Positions 9,279 through 19,147 are shown, counted from the stretch's first letter. The stretch is DNA of 37,651 nucleotides from an uncultured Acidimicrobiales bacterium (GCA_943788915.1 CALSSD010000024.1:1-37651); one strand, 5' to 3'. The notes: generated from the letters alone by a model not told the origin. Numbers and translations: made by a program.

Positions 9279-9971
9279 CTACGGCTTGATGAAGACTTTG
9301 CCCTGCGGGTCCTTGAACGTGTCGGCCAGCGTGTCCATCACGCCGGCGAGGTTTACCGTGGCACCGATGTCGGTGCTCCACCGGCCGTCGCTGAATCGTG
9401 CTTGGACCTCGCCGAAGACTTCGAACTTGGCTTCGATCGATGTCTCGGTCATCCACGGCATTAGCCAGAACCCGCGGATGGTCTTGTTCATGAAGATGAG
9501 TTCACCAGGGTTCGACAGCGGGGGAGTCTCGGAGCTGAGTGAGCCATAGATAACCCAGGCGCTGTCGCGTCCCATGGCGGTGAAGATTTTGGTCGAGGTG
9601 GAGTCGACAACGGCATCGATGAACGTCTGCGGTTTGCGCTCGCGGACCGCTGCAGCGAATTGTTCTTCGAAGTTCGAGTCGGTCTGGTTCAGGATGGCCG
9701 TGACGCCGAGTTCACGGAGCGTTTTGTTGTGCACGTCGCGCCGGACAACAGCGATCATTGGAATGCCGGCGTTGCGGGCCAAGGCGATGATGAACTTTGT
9801 TACTTGGCTTGCGCCAGTGGTCAGCATGATGCTCGGGGAGCCAACGGCCTGAGAATCGGCGAACATGGCGGCCGCTATCAGCGGGTTAACAATGAACCCA
9901 GCAGCGTCGTTGTCGTTGATCGAATCCGGCAGCGTGGACATCGCCGAAGGCCACGTGGTTACGTTGCCCAC
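9279..9971 (-). pseudogene. N-terminally truncated MDR family NADPH:quinone reductase-like oxidoreductase
   Basis: AAGFIVNPL, TTGASQV, IDAV, YGSLS, IRGFWL and GKVFIKP present; only 230 aa, about 100 aa of GroES-like N-terminus missing, with no room for it before the upstream ORF stop at 9990. Confidence 0.65.
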
Positions 9972-9989
9972 CAGAGCGCTGTGCGCTGT

Positions 9990-10262
9990 CTAGGTGTGGC
10001 AGACGATGAAGCCGCCGTCGATCTCGGCGCAGACCGGGTCATCGTCAATAGCGATGAGTTCGCCCAGGATGATGTCCGTGTCAGTTTTGGTGTCCTTGGT
10101 GTTGATGTCAGTATCGGCGTCTGTCTCCGTAGTGCACGCGACTTCCCAAAAACTGTCGGTGCAATCGACGAAGTGTGCCATTGGGCTGGCTGCTGCGAAG
10201 CCGGTGATCGCAAACAAGCCGATCGCCAGTGCCTGGGTTGGAAGTGTGGTGAATCGAGCCAT
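9990..10262 (-). CDS. Small secreted acidic protein with 4 Cys
   Basis: Signal-peptide-like N-terminus (MARFTTLPTQALAIGLFAITGFAAA), Asp/Thr-rich mature part, AAAGG RBS-like motif upstream. Confidence 0.6.
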   Translation of the reverse strand: MARFTTLPTQALAIGLFAITGFAAASPMAHFVDCTDSFWEVACTTETDADTDINTKDTKTDTDIILGELIAIDDDPVCAEIDGGFIVCHT

Positions 10263-10370
10263 CCGCACGTGACCTTTCATGAAAGACAGTTGCATCGTGC
10301 ACCTGCCACCTGGGTTGGTCACTCAAGTGCTTCGCTAACCCCCTAAACGGGAGATCGCGAAGCACTACGT

Positions 10371-10412
10371 GAACACACACACCGTGAATCCGAGTTCACG
10401 GTGTGTGTGTTC
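10371..10412. repeat. Perfect 18-bp inverted repeat (GAACACACACACCGTGAA-6nt-TTCACGGTGTGTGTGTTC)
   Basis: Read directly; lies in a divergent intergenic region. Confidence 0.85.
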
Positions 10413-10516
10413 CTCGAGTTGCGGAAGTTATGGCCCAGTGTTATCGAGCGCAGCGTTACGAGCGCATCAGGGAGCGGAGTGTGACAGTGCACCGTTCGCG
10501 ACCTACTCTGCAGCAT

Positions 10517-11773
10517 ATGGATCTGACCTACCCCGCTGAGACAGACACCTTCCGAGCGAAGATCAACACGTTTCTCGATGACAACCTGCCTGACGGTTGG
10601 GCGGGCATCGGTGCCGTGCCCGCTGCCGAGCGCTACGACTTCCAGATGGATTGGCGCCGCACACTCAAGGCGAACAGCCTGTTGGCCGCCAACTGGCCCG
10701 CTGAATATGGCGGTGGTGGTCTGACCCACCTTGAGATGGTGGTCATGTACGAAGAGTTCGCCAAACGCGGTGTGCCTACCAGCGGTCCCAACGACGGCTT
10801 CAGTATCTCTATGGTTGGCAACACCATCCTTCACTGGGGGAGCGACGAGCAGAAGGCGCACTACATCCCACGCATCCTCGACGGCACCGACATCTGGTGC
10901 CAGGGTTACTCGGAGCCTGACAGTGGTAGCGACCTTGCCAACCTGGGTTGTAAGGCCGTCCTCGACGGCGACGAATGGGTAGTCAACGGCCAGAAGATCT
11001 GGACCAGCTCGGGCCACACCGCCAACATGATCTTTGTGCTTGCACGCACTGACCAAGATGTGACCAAACATGCCGGTATCTCGTTCTTGCTCATGTCCAT
11101 GGAGCAACCAGGCGTCGAGATCCGGCCGATCACCAACATCGTGCGCCAAGATCACTTCAACGAGGTCTTCTTTACCGATGCTCGTTGCCCTAAGGACAAT
11201 GTGCTTGGCGGCGTGAACAACGGTTGGGCCGTCGGTAACACTCTGCTCGGTTTCGAGCGTGGGGTTGGCGCCACTGTGCAGTCGCTTGGTTTCCGTGCCG
11301 AACTCGACCAGTTCATCGAACTGGCTCGTGACAACGGCAAACTCGACGACCCGATGGTTCGTCAGGACATCGCCTACTTCCACACCTGCGTCGAAATCAT
11401 GCGCTATCGAGGTATGCAAGCACTGACCCGCTTCCTCAAAGGCCAGGCTCCCGGACCAGAATCTTCGATCGGCAAACTCTTCTGGAGCGAATACCACCTG
11501 AAGATTACCGAAGCAGCTATGAACGTTGCCGGCATGAAAGCGACAATTGGCTTCGGCGACGAAGACGCTCGAGGTCTTGGCCCACCAGCAATCGGCACTG
11601 AAAACACCGTTCCGAACTGGATGGCTAGCTTCATGATTGCTCGACCAGGCACGATCTACGCCGGTACCTCACAGGTGCAGCGCAATATCGTTGGCGAACG
11701 TGTCTTGGGGCTACCCAAGGAGCCACGTGCCGATAGCGGCACGTGGAAGGAATCTCAGGCCAACTACAGCTAG
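10517..11773 (+). CDS. Acyl-CoA dehydrogenase
   Basis: WCQGYSEPDSGSDLA, VNGQKIWTS, FNEVFF, TIYAGTSQVQRNIVGERVLGLP; leaderless start after TACTCT. Confidence 0.95.
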   Translation: MDLTYPAETDTFRAKINTFLDDNLPDGWAGIGAVPAAERYDFQMDWRRTLKANSLLAANWPAEYGGGGLTHLEMVVMYEEFAKRGVPTSGPNDGFSISMVGNTILHWGSDEQKAHYIPRILDGTDIWCQGYSEPDSGSDLANLGCKAVLDGDEWVVNGQKIWTSSGHTANMIFVLARTDQDVTKHAGISFLLMSMEQPGVEIRPITNIVRQDHFNEVFFTDARCPKDNVLGGVNNGWAVGNTLLGFERGVGATVQSLGFRAELDQFIELARDNGKLDDPMVRQDIAYFHTCVEIMRYRGMQALTRFLKGQAPGPESSIGKLFWSEYHLKITEAAMNVAGMKATIGFGDEDARGLGPPAIGTENTVPNWMASFMIARPGTIYAGTSQVQRNIVGERVLGLPKEPRADSGTWKESQANYS

Positions 11774-11782
11774 TTCTGCACT

Positions 11783-11823
11783 CTGCGAATCGTTGATAGC
11801 CCCGTGGCATCAACGATTCGCAG
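11783..11823. terminator. Hairpin between convergent genes, likely bidirectional terminator
   Basis: Perfect 15-bp arms CTGCGAATCGTTGAT/ATCAACGATTCGCAG about 10 nt after the ACAD stop; no U-tract. Confidence 0.7.
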
Positions 11824-11905
11824 CGTCAGGTGAAATGAGAGTTCGGTGGCCGAGTAGTGCGGTCAGCGCTGAAGTCTCGATTCGTCATTGGGCAAGCTGG
11901 CTCGA

Positions 11906-11945
11906 CACGTTGTCCAAGCCACGTTGTCCAAGCCACGTTGGAAGC
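11906..11945. repeat. 14-bp tandem repeat CACGTTGTCCAAGC, two full copies plus one degenerate
   Basis: Read directly. Confidence 0.8.
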
Positions 11946-11987
11946 TATGGCTCGGCCTGTTCGCCGACGAGCGCTACCTAGAAGATC

Positions 11988-12764
11988 TCAGCGGCCCGTC
12001 CAGTTTGGCGAGCGTTTCTCGGAGAACGCGAGTGGCCCTTCGATGTAGTCCTCGCTCTTGAAGAGTGAAGCCACCGCGTCGTACCTGCCTTCGTAGGCAG
12101 CGCGAATGCCGCCGTGTTCGAAACCTTGCATCGCCGCTTCTTTCGTTGCCCGAATCGACATTGGGGAACACTCGAGGATCATCTGAGCCCATTCACGGGC
12201 CCGGTCCATGAGCTGATCCTGTGGCACAACCTCGTTCACGAAACCGAGCTCCACGCCTTCAGCGGCGGGCACGTGGCGGGCAGTCAACATCATGCTCATG
12301 GCTCGCTTCAGCCCGATCTGGCGGGGCAAACGATGTACGCCACCAGCCAGGGCAGCCAGGCCAACCTTGGGCTCCGGCAGGGCAAATCGGGCATTGTCAG
12401 ATGCGATGATGAGGTCGCAGGCCAACGCAATCTCGAAGCCGCCACCCATAGCCACGCCGTTCACAGCAGCGATGATTGGTTTGTTCAGATCCCATCGAGA
12501 CGTGATACCTCCGAAGCCGGTCGTTGGTGCTGCGGAACGGTCGCCGCCCTCGGCTTGGTAACGAAGGTCGTTGCCAGCGCAGAATGCCCGCTCGCCCTCG
12601 CCAGTGATGATGGCAACCCACAGATCGGGGTTGGACTGAAAGTCGTCGAAGATGTCGGCCATCTCGGCGTTGCCAGGAGGATGAAGTGCATTCATCCGTT
12701 CTGGTCTGTTGATCGTGACGATCAAGAGATTGCCGTCTTGTTCTGCTGTGCAATAGTCACCCAT
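11988..12764 (-). CDS. Enoyl-CoA hydratase/crotonase (CaiD-like)
   Basis: AFCAGNDL, KPIIAAVNGVAMGGGFEIALACD, FALPEPKVG. Confidence 0.95.
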   Translation of the reverse strand: MGDYCTAEQDGNLLIVTINRPERMNALHPPGNAEMADIFDDFQSNPDLWVAIITGEGERAFCAGNDLRYQAEGGDRSAAPTTGFGGITSRWDLNKPIIAAVNGVAMGGGFEIALACDLIIASDNARFALPEPKVGLAALAGGVHRLPRQIGLKRAMSMMLTARHVPAAEGVELGFVNEVVPQDQLMDRAREWAQMILECSPMSIRATKEAAMQGFEHGGIRAAYEGRYDAVASLFKSEDYIEGPLAFSEKRSPNWTGR

Positions 12765-12826
12765 CTCCGAACCCTAGTCACGCGGCTCCCGCCGACGTTC
12801 AGCGAGACGCCGAGAGGTTCGACGAA

Positions 12827-13897
12827 CTAGTGCGTGACCGAGCGGTGCTCCAGCCGTTTGTCGTGGCGTTCGATGGCGAGGTCGACGAGCCGGTTGATCA
12901 GATCGGGATAGTCGATACCCGTTGTTTCCCATAGCTTGGGAAACATAGAGATAGGCGTGAAACCAGGCATTGTGTTGACCTCGTTCAGAAGGAACCCCCG
13001 GCCATGTTCTTCATAGAAGAAGTCGATCCGGGCAAGACCCTGCACCCGTAATGCCTGACCCACATGGCAGGCAAGCATTCGGACTTCGAGGGCCGCCTCA
13101 GGGCTGAGAGCCGCGGGAATCAGTGTTTGGGCAACACCGTCGTGGTATTTGTCGTCATAACTGTAGAACGCGTCGCCGGGCACGATCTCTCCCGGCACGG
13201 AAGCTTCGAGCGTTCGATTGCCCAAAACGCCAACCTCGATCTCTCGGCCGGTGACGGCTTCTTCGACCACGATCCACTCGTCGTAATGAGCGGCCACGGC
13301 AAGCGCTTCGTGCAGTTCCTCGGCAGTTGTTGAGCGACTGACTCCCACCGAGGAGCCCATGTTTGCTGGTTTGACAAAGGTGACGGGGCCGAGTTCGTTC
13401 ATCAGGTCGGTCGGGGTGGAAGCCGTGATGTCATCGGAATGGACCGTGCGCCAGTTGGCCTGAGCGATGCCAAAACTAGAGGCGGCTTGTTTGGCCATGG
13501 CCTTGTCCATGCAGAGCGACGAACTCAGGACACCCGAGCCGACATACGGCACTCCAGCCAGGTCGAGCAGCCCTTGTACCGTGCCGTCTTCGCCCATAGG
13601 TCCATGCAGCAGCGGTAACACCACGACGGGTACATCGGTGGGGGCAATGGCCAGAAGCGGTTCGATCGCAGTGCCCGCAGTTTCCAGGGCGGCAGGAAGT
13701 TCGGCGACCGTGCCCGAGGTGATGGCATCAGCTACAGCGGTGCGTTGCCAGACGCCGTCGCGGGTAATACCGATGGCATCGACGATGAACCGGGACGGGT
13801 CGACCGCGGCGACAATATGGCGAGCGGTCACACGCGACACGTCGTGTTCAGCAGACTGGCCGCCGAAGAGCACTACCAACCGATGTCGCTGTGTCAT
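12827..13897 (-). CDS. ddl: D-alanine--D-alanine ligase
   Basis: LFGGQSAEHDVS, LHGPMGEDGTVQG, KPANMGSSVG, FYSYDDKY, NEVNTMPGFT; start MTQRH after TACTCT. Confidence 0.96.
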   Translation of the reverse strand: MTQRHRLVVLFGGQSAEHDVSRVTARHIVAAVDPSRFIVDAIGITRDGVWQRTAVADAITSGTVAELPAALETAGTAIEPLLAIAPTDVPVVVLPLLHGPMGEDGTVQGLLDLAGVPYVGSGVLSSSLCMDKAMAKQAASSFGIAQANWRTVHSDDITASTPTDLMNELGPVTFVKPANMGSSVGVSRSTTAEELHEALAVAAHYDEWIVVEEAVTGREIEVGVLGNRTLEASVPGEIVPGDAFYSYDDKYHDGVAQTLIPAALSPEAALEVRMLACHVGQALRVQGLARIDFFYEEHGRGFLLNEVNTMPGFTPISMFPKLWETTGIDYPDLINRLVDLAIERHDKRLEHRSVTH

Positions 13898-14051
13898 GTT
13901 GCCGAGAGTAGTTGGCAGCAGCGCCCGGGCTGGCGCATACGGCGAGCCAGCGTTTCTAGATCGATGGTCCATCTGAGCGCAGGGGATACGGGTGGCCCGG
14001 ATTCGGTTTGGGTGGCGCGTCCGTGGGCTCGAATGATGCGAAACTTGCGCC

Positions 14052-15356
14052 ATGCAGATGACGGCCAGTGAGATTGCCGAGGTCACCGGTGGTGTGTTGC
14101 ACGGACCTGATGCTGTGGTCAACGACGCGTCGATCGACACTCGCACCATCGAACCTGGTCAACTGTTTGTGCCGATCGTCGACGCTCGCGATGGTCACGA
14201 CTTCATTTCCATAGCGCTGGCCGCCGGGTGTGGTGCCTACCTGACGCAACGAGCGCCCGAAGGCGGCACCGCCGTCGTCGTGGATGACACGTTGGCAGCG
14301 CTGACGGAACTCGGCCGTCATGCTCGGGCCAGACACACCGGCCCGGTCATCGGGATTACCGGTTCTGTCGGCAAGACATCGGTTAAGGATCTGGCTTTGG
14401 CAGCCATTGGGAAGACACGCAAAACCCACGCGAGTGAACGGTCGTTCAACAATGAGCTAGGTGTGCCGTTGACCCTGTTCAATGCCCCCGACGACGCCGA
14501 GGTCTTGATCGTAGAAATGGGTGCACGGGGCATCGGCCACATCGCCGCCTTGTGCGAGATCGCCAACCCAACCATTGGTATCGTCACCTACGTCGGCGCG
14601 GTACACACCAGCGAATTCGGCACGGTCGAAGCCATTGCCCAGGCCAAGGGTGAATTGGTCGAGGCACTTCCGGCGTCCGGACGAGCCATCTTGAACGCAG
14701 ACTCAGCGCCGGTGCTGGCAATGAGGTTCCGCAGCCAGGCGCCGGTGATCACCTATGGAGTCGGCGGCGATTTCAACGCAGTCTCTGTGACGATCGACGC
14801 GGAGCTGCGGCCGAGCTTCCAACTCGTGTCATCTGGCCGTACCTACTCCGTGAGCCTGCCGGTCCACGGTGTACATCAGGTTTCCAACGCATTGGCAGCA
14901 CTTGCGGCAGCCGAGGCGGTTGGTGTTACTCCAAGCCAGGCCATTGCCGGTCTCGCAACCGCAGGGTTATCACGGTGGCGCATGGAACTTGGCCATACAG
15001 CCGGAGGTGCTGTGGTGATCAACGATGCGTACAACGCCAACACCATCTCAACCGAGGCTGCGTTGCGTTCGTTGGCGGCGATCGATGTCGCACAGCGGTT
15101 TGCGGTCCTGGGCGTTATGGCAGAACTCGGCGATCGCCACGACGCAGATCATCGTGCGATGGCGGCATTGTGCCAGCAGCTCGACATCCAGCTCATCGCC
15201 TATCAAGAACCGGCATACGGGGTCGAGGTCACGCACGACTTCGATGCGGTCATGGCCAAACTCGGGCCCTTGAATCGGTCCAATGCGGTCCTTGTAAAGG
15301 GCAGTCGGATCGCTGGCCTCGAGGCACTGGCCGACCAGCTGACTGCCTACAACTAG
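14052..15356 (+). CDS. murF: UDP-N-acetylmuramoyl-tripeptide--D-Ala-D-Ala ligase
   Basis: DGHDF, GITGSVGKTSVK, SFNNELGVPLTL, INDAYNAN, LVKGSR. Confidence 0.96.
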   Translation: MQMTASEIAEVTGGVLHGPDAVVNDASIDTRTIEPGQLFVPIVDARDGHDFISIALAAGCGAYLTQRAPEGGTAVVVDDTLAALTELGRHARARHTGPVIGITGSVGKTSVKDLALAAIGKTRKTHASERSFNNELGVPLTLFNAPDDAEVLIVEMGARGIGHIAALCEIANPTIGIVTYVGAVHTSEFGTVEAIAQAKGELVEALPASGRAILNADSAPVLAMRFRSQAPVITYGVGGDFNAVSVTIDAELRPSFQLVSSGRTYSVSLPVHGVHQVSNALAALAAAEAVGVTPSQAIAGLATAGLSRWRMELGHTAGGAVVINDAYNANTISTEAALRSLAAIDVAQRFAVLGVMAELGDRHDADHRAMAALCQQLDIQLIAYQEPAYGVEVTHDFDAVMAKLGPLNRSNAVLVKGSRIAGLEALADQLTAYN

Positions 15357-15685
15357 AACTCGCTCTCGGTGGGGAGTTCGTCGGGTGGCAATGGCCGGTT
15401 GCTGACCTTGTACTTGTCGTAACGTTCCGAATCACACGACGGGCAGAGCCACACCTGGCGGAAGCTTTGGATCGAAAGTTGTGTGCCTCGACTTTTTTCG
15501 ACAAGTGCCTGGGCGGCTTCGCGCATGTCGTCGCCACCGCAGCGTTCGCAGGTAGGCCGCGCGGCAGGGTCCCGAACCCACTCGGCATCGCAGACCTGAC
15601 ATACCAAGGCAATCAGCGCATCGCGGCGCTCGCCTCGGAGATCGTCTCTTTCACCACACGCCGGACAACAGATATCGGTGCTCAT
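15353..15685 (-). CDS. Double zinc-ribbon protein of unknown function
   Basis: Four CxxC pairs (CPAC, CQVC, CERC, CPSC); TGATG coupling to the upstream gene. Confidence 0.75.
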   Translation of the reverse strand: MSTDICCPACGERDDLRGERRDALIALVCQVCDAEWVRDPAARPTCERCGGDDMREAAQALVEKSRGTQLSIQSFRQVWLCPSCDSERYDKYKVSNRPLPPDELPTESEF

Positions 15686-17366
15686 CAGCGACCCGTGGCC
15701 CGTTCTTGGGCTCGCCGAGCGCGAAGTAAGCCCGTGACTGCTTCGTCGACCATGTCATCGAGGATTGCGTCGGGACCAGGTCGCAGGAAGGCGACCATGC
15801 CGTCAGTGCCCTTGAGCCTCATGCGCACGCTTTTGTTCAGTGCACTCAGATCGTGATCTGGTTTCGAGGCATAGGCAACTATGAAGTACGGGCCGTCGAT
15901 CCGTGCCACGAGATCAGCGTCGGGCATGATGTCGGCCAGGAAACTACCGATTTCTTCGGTGGCCATCGTGGCGTCGGCTGGCGGTAGCGACTCGAATTGG
16001 TCGAGCGACATGGCTTCGATAGCGACCAGAAGTGGTTGGGCTCGGGCGGTAGCGGCGGGAGACGAGAGCCAGGCCCCAAGGGTCTCGAGCGTGGCCAACT
16101 GGGTGGTGTGGCCCGGATCGATTGCAGCGGACGCGAATGCTCCACTAGCGGCGTCGGCTCCGGTAGTTGCATGAACCATGAGCTCAGAGGGACCGATCGC
16201 AACAGTTGTGGTGGTTGCGGCGGGAGCAACGTCGGAATCAGATGTAGACCGGACGTGGCCATGGCTTTGGTCGCAGGAATTGTGTCGGGTGTATCCATCA
16301 CCACCGAGACAACGTCGGACGCGATTGCTGCAGTTGGAGCCAGCTGATCGTCGGGAACCAACAGGTTCGGAAACAATAGTGTTCGAGGGGTTTGGCCGTC
16401 GACGTTGACATGCGGCTCGGGTTCGTCGTCGCTCGGCGCTGCCGCCTCAGAACCGAAGTTCTGCATTTCGGCGTGAAAGCGGTTGGTGCGAACCTCTCGT
16501 GCCCATGCGGTCCACTCTCTCAGCGTGGTCTCACGGTTTTCGATCTCGCGTTGCACGCCTCGCAAGGTGGCAAAGGCACTGAGAACCACCAGACCGCAGA
16601 CGATGACCGCGGGGTTAGATCGGGGAATGTCGGTGCGACTTGTCCACAGCTGTATGGCGGTCCCAGAAAGCGCTAGTGAGATAAAGCTGAGTGCGGCACG
16701 CGATGCCCGGGGCGAGGTCTCGGGTATCGCGTAGGTAAGTTCGCGCTGGGGCGAACGGTTCCATGCCAGCAAGATCAGAACGAAGCTAACTCCGAGCGAG
16801 ATGATCGCTGGCCATTCGTTTCGTAATAGGACTGTGTTCGCTACGAGTGCGAACACGGAACCGAGCAAGGTGGCGCTGATTGTCAAGGTGGGATGACGGC
16901 GCACAAATCCCAGCGCAACGATGCCAGCGAGTAACAAACCATTGCCTAGGCCGACGACTGCGAGAACCGCCTGGTCTGGTTGGCTCCAGATCGTGACCGA
17001 TGATGCGAACGGGGGGCTGAGCCAGTTCAACGCGCCCCATGCGAGTGCTGTGATGGCGGAAATCCAGGCCAGGGTCGACCCGAAACGGTCACGCTCTGAT
17101 GCCATAAGAAGCAGACCCAGTCCCATCAGACCGCTGGTGACAGCAGCACCAATCATGGTGGAGCGGCTATTGATATCTCCGTACTTGTTTGCGGCAAGGA
17201 GGCGCACAAACAGGCCAACTGCTGCGCCGACACCGACCAGCCCGAGCCGGAATGGTCGTGAGAGGGTCACTGATGCAGGGGTCTCTGAGGGTCGGGCTGT
17301 CGTTATGCCTTTGCCATTCGGCGCCGAGGACTGGGCTTCGGGCGGAGCGATCAACGGTGTGCTCAT
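15685..17366 (-). CDS. Multi-pass membrane protein with low-complexity linker and degenerate GGDEF-like C-terminus; one frameshift near 16250-16300
   Basis: About 8 hydrophobic segments in ORF 15879-17411, continuing in the frame of 15685-16179 (LLVAIEAM...DLVARIDGPYFIV); ATGA coupling at 17363-17366. Confidence 0.6.
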
Positions 17367-18724
17367 GAGTCGGCTCCAAAGTCGACCATGCCGGCCGCGT
17401 CGACTTCCCAACGCCAGTCCGTGCGGGGTGTCACCATACGTTCGCCTGCCCGGACATAGAAGTCGAGGATGGCGGTATGTGCGTCGTCACCAGCACTGCG
17501 TTGGGGGATGAGTCCGGTGGTGTCTGCAGCCTCGATGATGCGACGGGTAGCGGTGAGAGCGGCCGTGTGTCGATCGCTGGCAGTGGAGGACATGCGGGCT
17601 ACGTCCATGGATGCGGCGAATGCTTCGTCTGACTCGATGAGGAAGGCCAAGGAAGCAACAACATCAGCTGCGTTTCGGCGGATATGAGCGATGGACTCGT
17701 CGGCGAACCCGGCACTTGCTCCTGCGAGGTCGGCGAATGGCCCTGCGTATTCGTACAACATGGTGACAGCGGCGGCCGACTGCACACGCGTCTCGACAAT
17801 GGCCTGGTCATCGCCCTGATTCGGCACGGGCCCTGGTGCCACCATGATCGAATCGCCACTGCACTGTTCTGACGGGATCAGTACTTCGCCACCAGCGGTG
17901 TTTGTCGGGCTAATGACGGCGCACAGTTCGGTGAAGCCCTCGGTCCCGCTGTAGATCAGCACCCACCGGTCTTGTTCGTTGGCAATAAGGAGTCCTGTGG
18001 ACTTAGGTTGCACGCAGGTGCCAGCACTGGGGTAGGCGTTGCGAGCGATAACACTGTCGCAGCCTTGCGCAGCGGCAGGCTGTCGGGCTGGTAGCCGATC
18101 GGCGATCTCGGCATAGGCCTGTTCGACGAGTTCGTTGTCGTCAGAAAGGTTCGAGTCTGACCGGATGGCCTCGACCAGCTTGTCGAAGGCTGGATCGCTT
18201 TCGATCACGCCGGTGTTCACGTACGACTCGTCGAGGTTGGGACGAAGAACGCCGGGAGCGAGAAGTAAAAGCGCCTGCGCGGTAGAACGAGCCGAGATCT
18301 GGACGGCATCACGGTCTTCCCCTGTAGGAACCACAACCAGGCCCATGAGATTGCCATTGGGATCGTTCAGAGCGACCAACGCTGCCAGGCCACTCGGTAG
18401 GTCAATCTGGGCGCCGTCCACCCCTACTTGTTGGCGGCTCGCGGGCTTGGCCAAGCCAAGGACAGCGAGGGACGAACCGCCGGGGCTCGCCAGATCCACG
18501 ATGGTGACGGTCGTGCTCTCGAGTGCGACCAAATCTCGAGCGGGTACGGCCACGTTACTGTCGGCGCGGGATTGCAGGACGGACAGGGTTGTTACAAAGA
18601 GGGCGGCAGTGACTGCGAGCACTGAGACGACCCGCCACAACCCTGGTCGTTTCGACAAATTCGGCGCGCCAGGTTCTCGAGTGTCGGAGTGGGTGTTGTC
18701 GATGATGACGTCGAGGTTGGTCAT
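17363..18724 (-). CDS. Hypothetical exported/membrane-anchored protein
   Basis: 453 aa, single N-terminal hydrophobic helix, 4 Cys, acidic; coupled to the downstream gene. Confidence 0.7.
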   Translation of the reverse strand: MTNLDVIIDNTHSDTREPGAPNLSKRPGLWRVVSVLAVTAALFVTTLSVLQSRADSNVAVPARDLVALESTTVTIVDLASPGGSSLAVLGLAKPASRQQVGVDGAQIDLPSGLAALVALNDPNGNLMGLVVVPTGEDRDAVQISARSTAQALLLLAPGVLRPNLDESYVNTGVIESDPAFDKLVEAIRSDSNLSDDNELVEQAYAEIADRLPARQPAAAQGCDSVIARNAYPSAGTCVQPKSTGLLIANEQDRWVLIYSGTEGFTELCAVISPTNTAGGEVLIPSEQCSGDSIMVAPGPVPNQGDDQAIVETRVQSAAAVTMLYEYAGPFADLAGASAGFADESIAHIRRNAADVVASLAFLIESDEAFAASMDVARMSSTASDRHTAALTATRRIIEAADTTGLIPQRSAGDDAHTAILDFYVRAGERMVTPRTDWRWEVDAAGMVDFGADS

Positions 18725-18838
18725 AGGCGCGAATCAGAGATGACGCTACTACCGCAGGATCGCCCACACGAGAACCGAAGCGTAGAGGCCGAAATTCGGT
18801 TGCACTCGGCGGCTGAACCTCTAACATCAGGAGCGCAA

Positions 18839-18912
18839 GGGCGATTAGCTCAGTTGGCTAGAGCACTGCCTTCACACGGCAGGGGTCGTTGGTTCAAGTC
18901 CAATATCGCCCA
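18839..18912 (+). tRNA. tRNA-Val(CAC); CCA not encoded
   Basis: Acceptor stem GGGCGAT/ATCGCCC, D-arm TAGCTCAGTTGGCTAGAGC, anticodon stem CTGCC-TTCACAC-GGCAG, GGTTCAAGTCC T-arm. Confidence 0.96.
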
Positions 18913-19121
18913 CAAATTTCAGACCTAATGAGCGTCGTTCAAACCTTGTCAAGGCCGACGAGCAGGCTTGAGGTCCCCGTGGCATTCCCAGTCGGATCGG
19001 TGGACCGTCGAGGAGCGTGATTATCGAGTGGCTTCCCGGCCGCCGATCGCGCACGGCTTCGCCGGTTGTGTTGCGCGGGCCAGCGCGGTCTGGATCGCGA
19101 TTATTGGGCGGCCGGTTAGCG

Positions 19122-19147
19122 TCAATGTATCACCGGTGATACATTGA
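19122..19147. promoter_or_regulatory. vapBC operator: perfect 26-bp palindrome TCAATGTATCACCGGTGATACATTGA containing -10 TACATT
   Basis: Read directly; immediately upstream of the antitoxin ATG. Confidence 0.85.

Noticed and set aside
11906..11945. Possible mini CRISPR array
   Set aside because: 14-bp contiguous repeats, no spacers, no cas genes
12827..13897. Van-type D-Ala-D-Lac ligase (glycopeptide resistance)
   Set aside because: Omega loop retains Tyr (YDDKY); no vanH/vanX/vanRS nearby
13898..14149. N-terminal extension of ddl in the ORF track
   Set aside because: Overlaps murF antisense; conserved Ddl sequence begins at MTQRH (13897)
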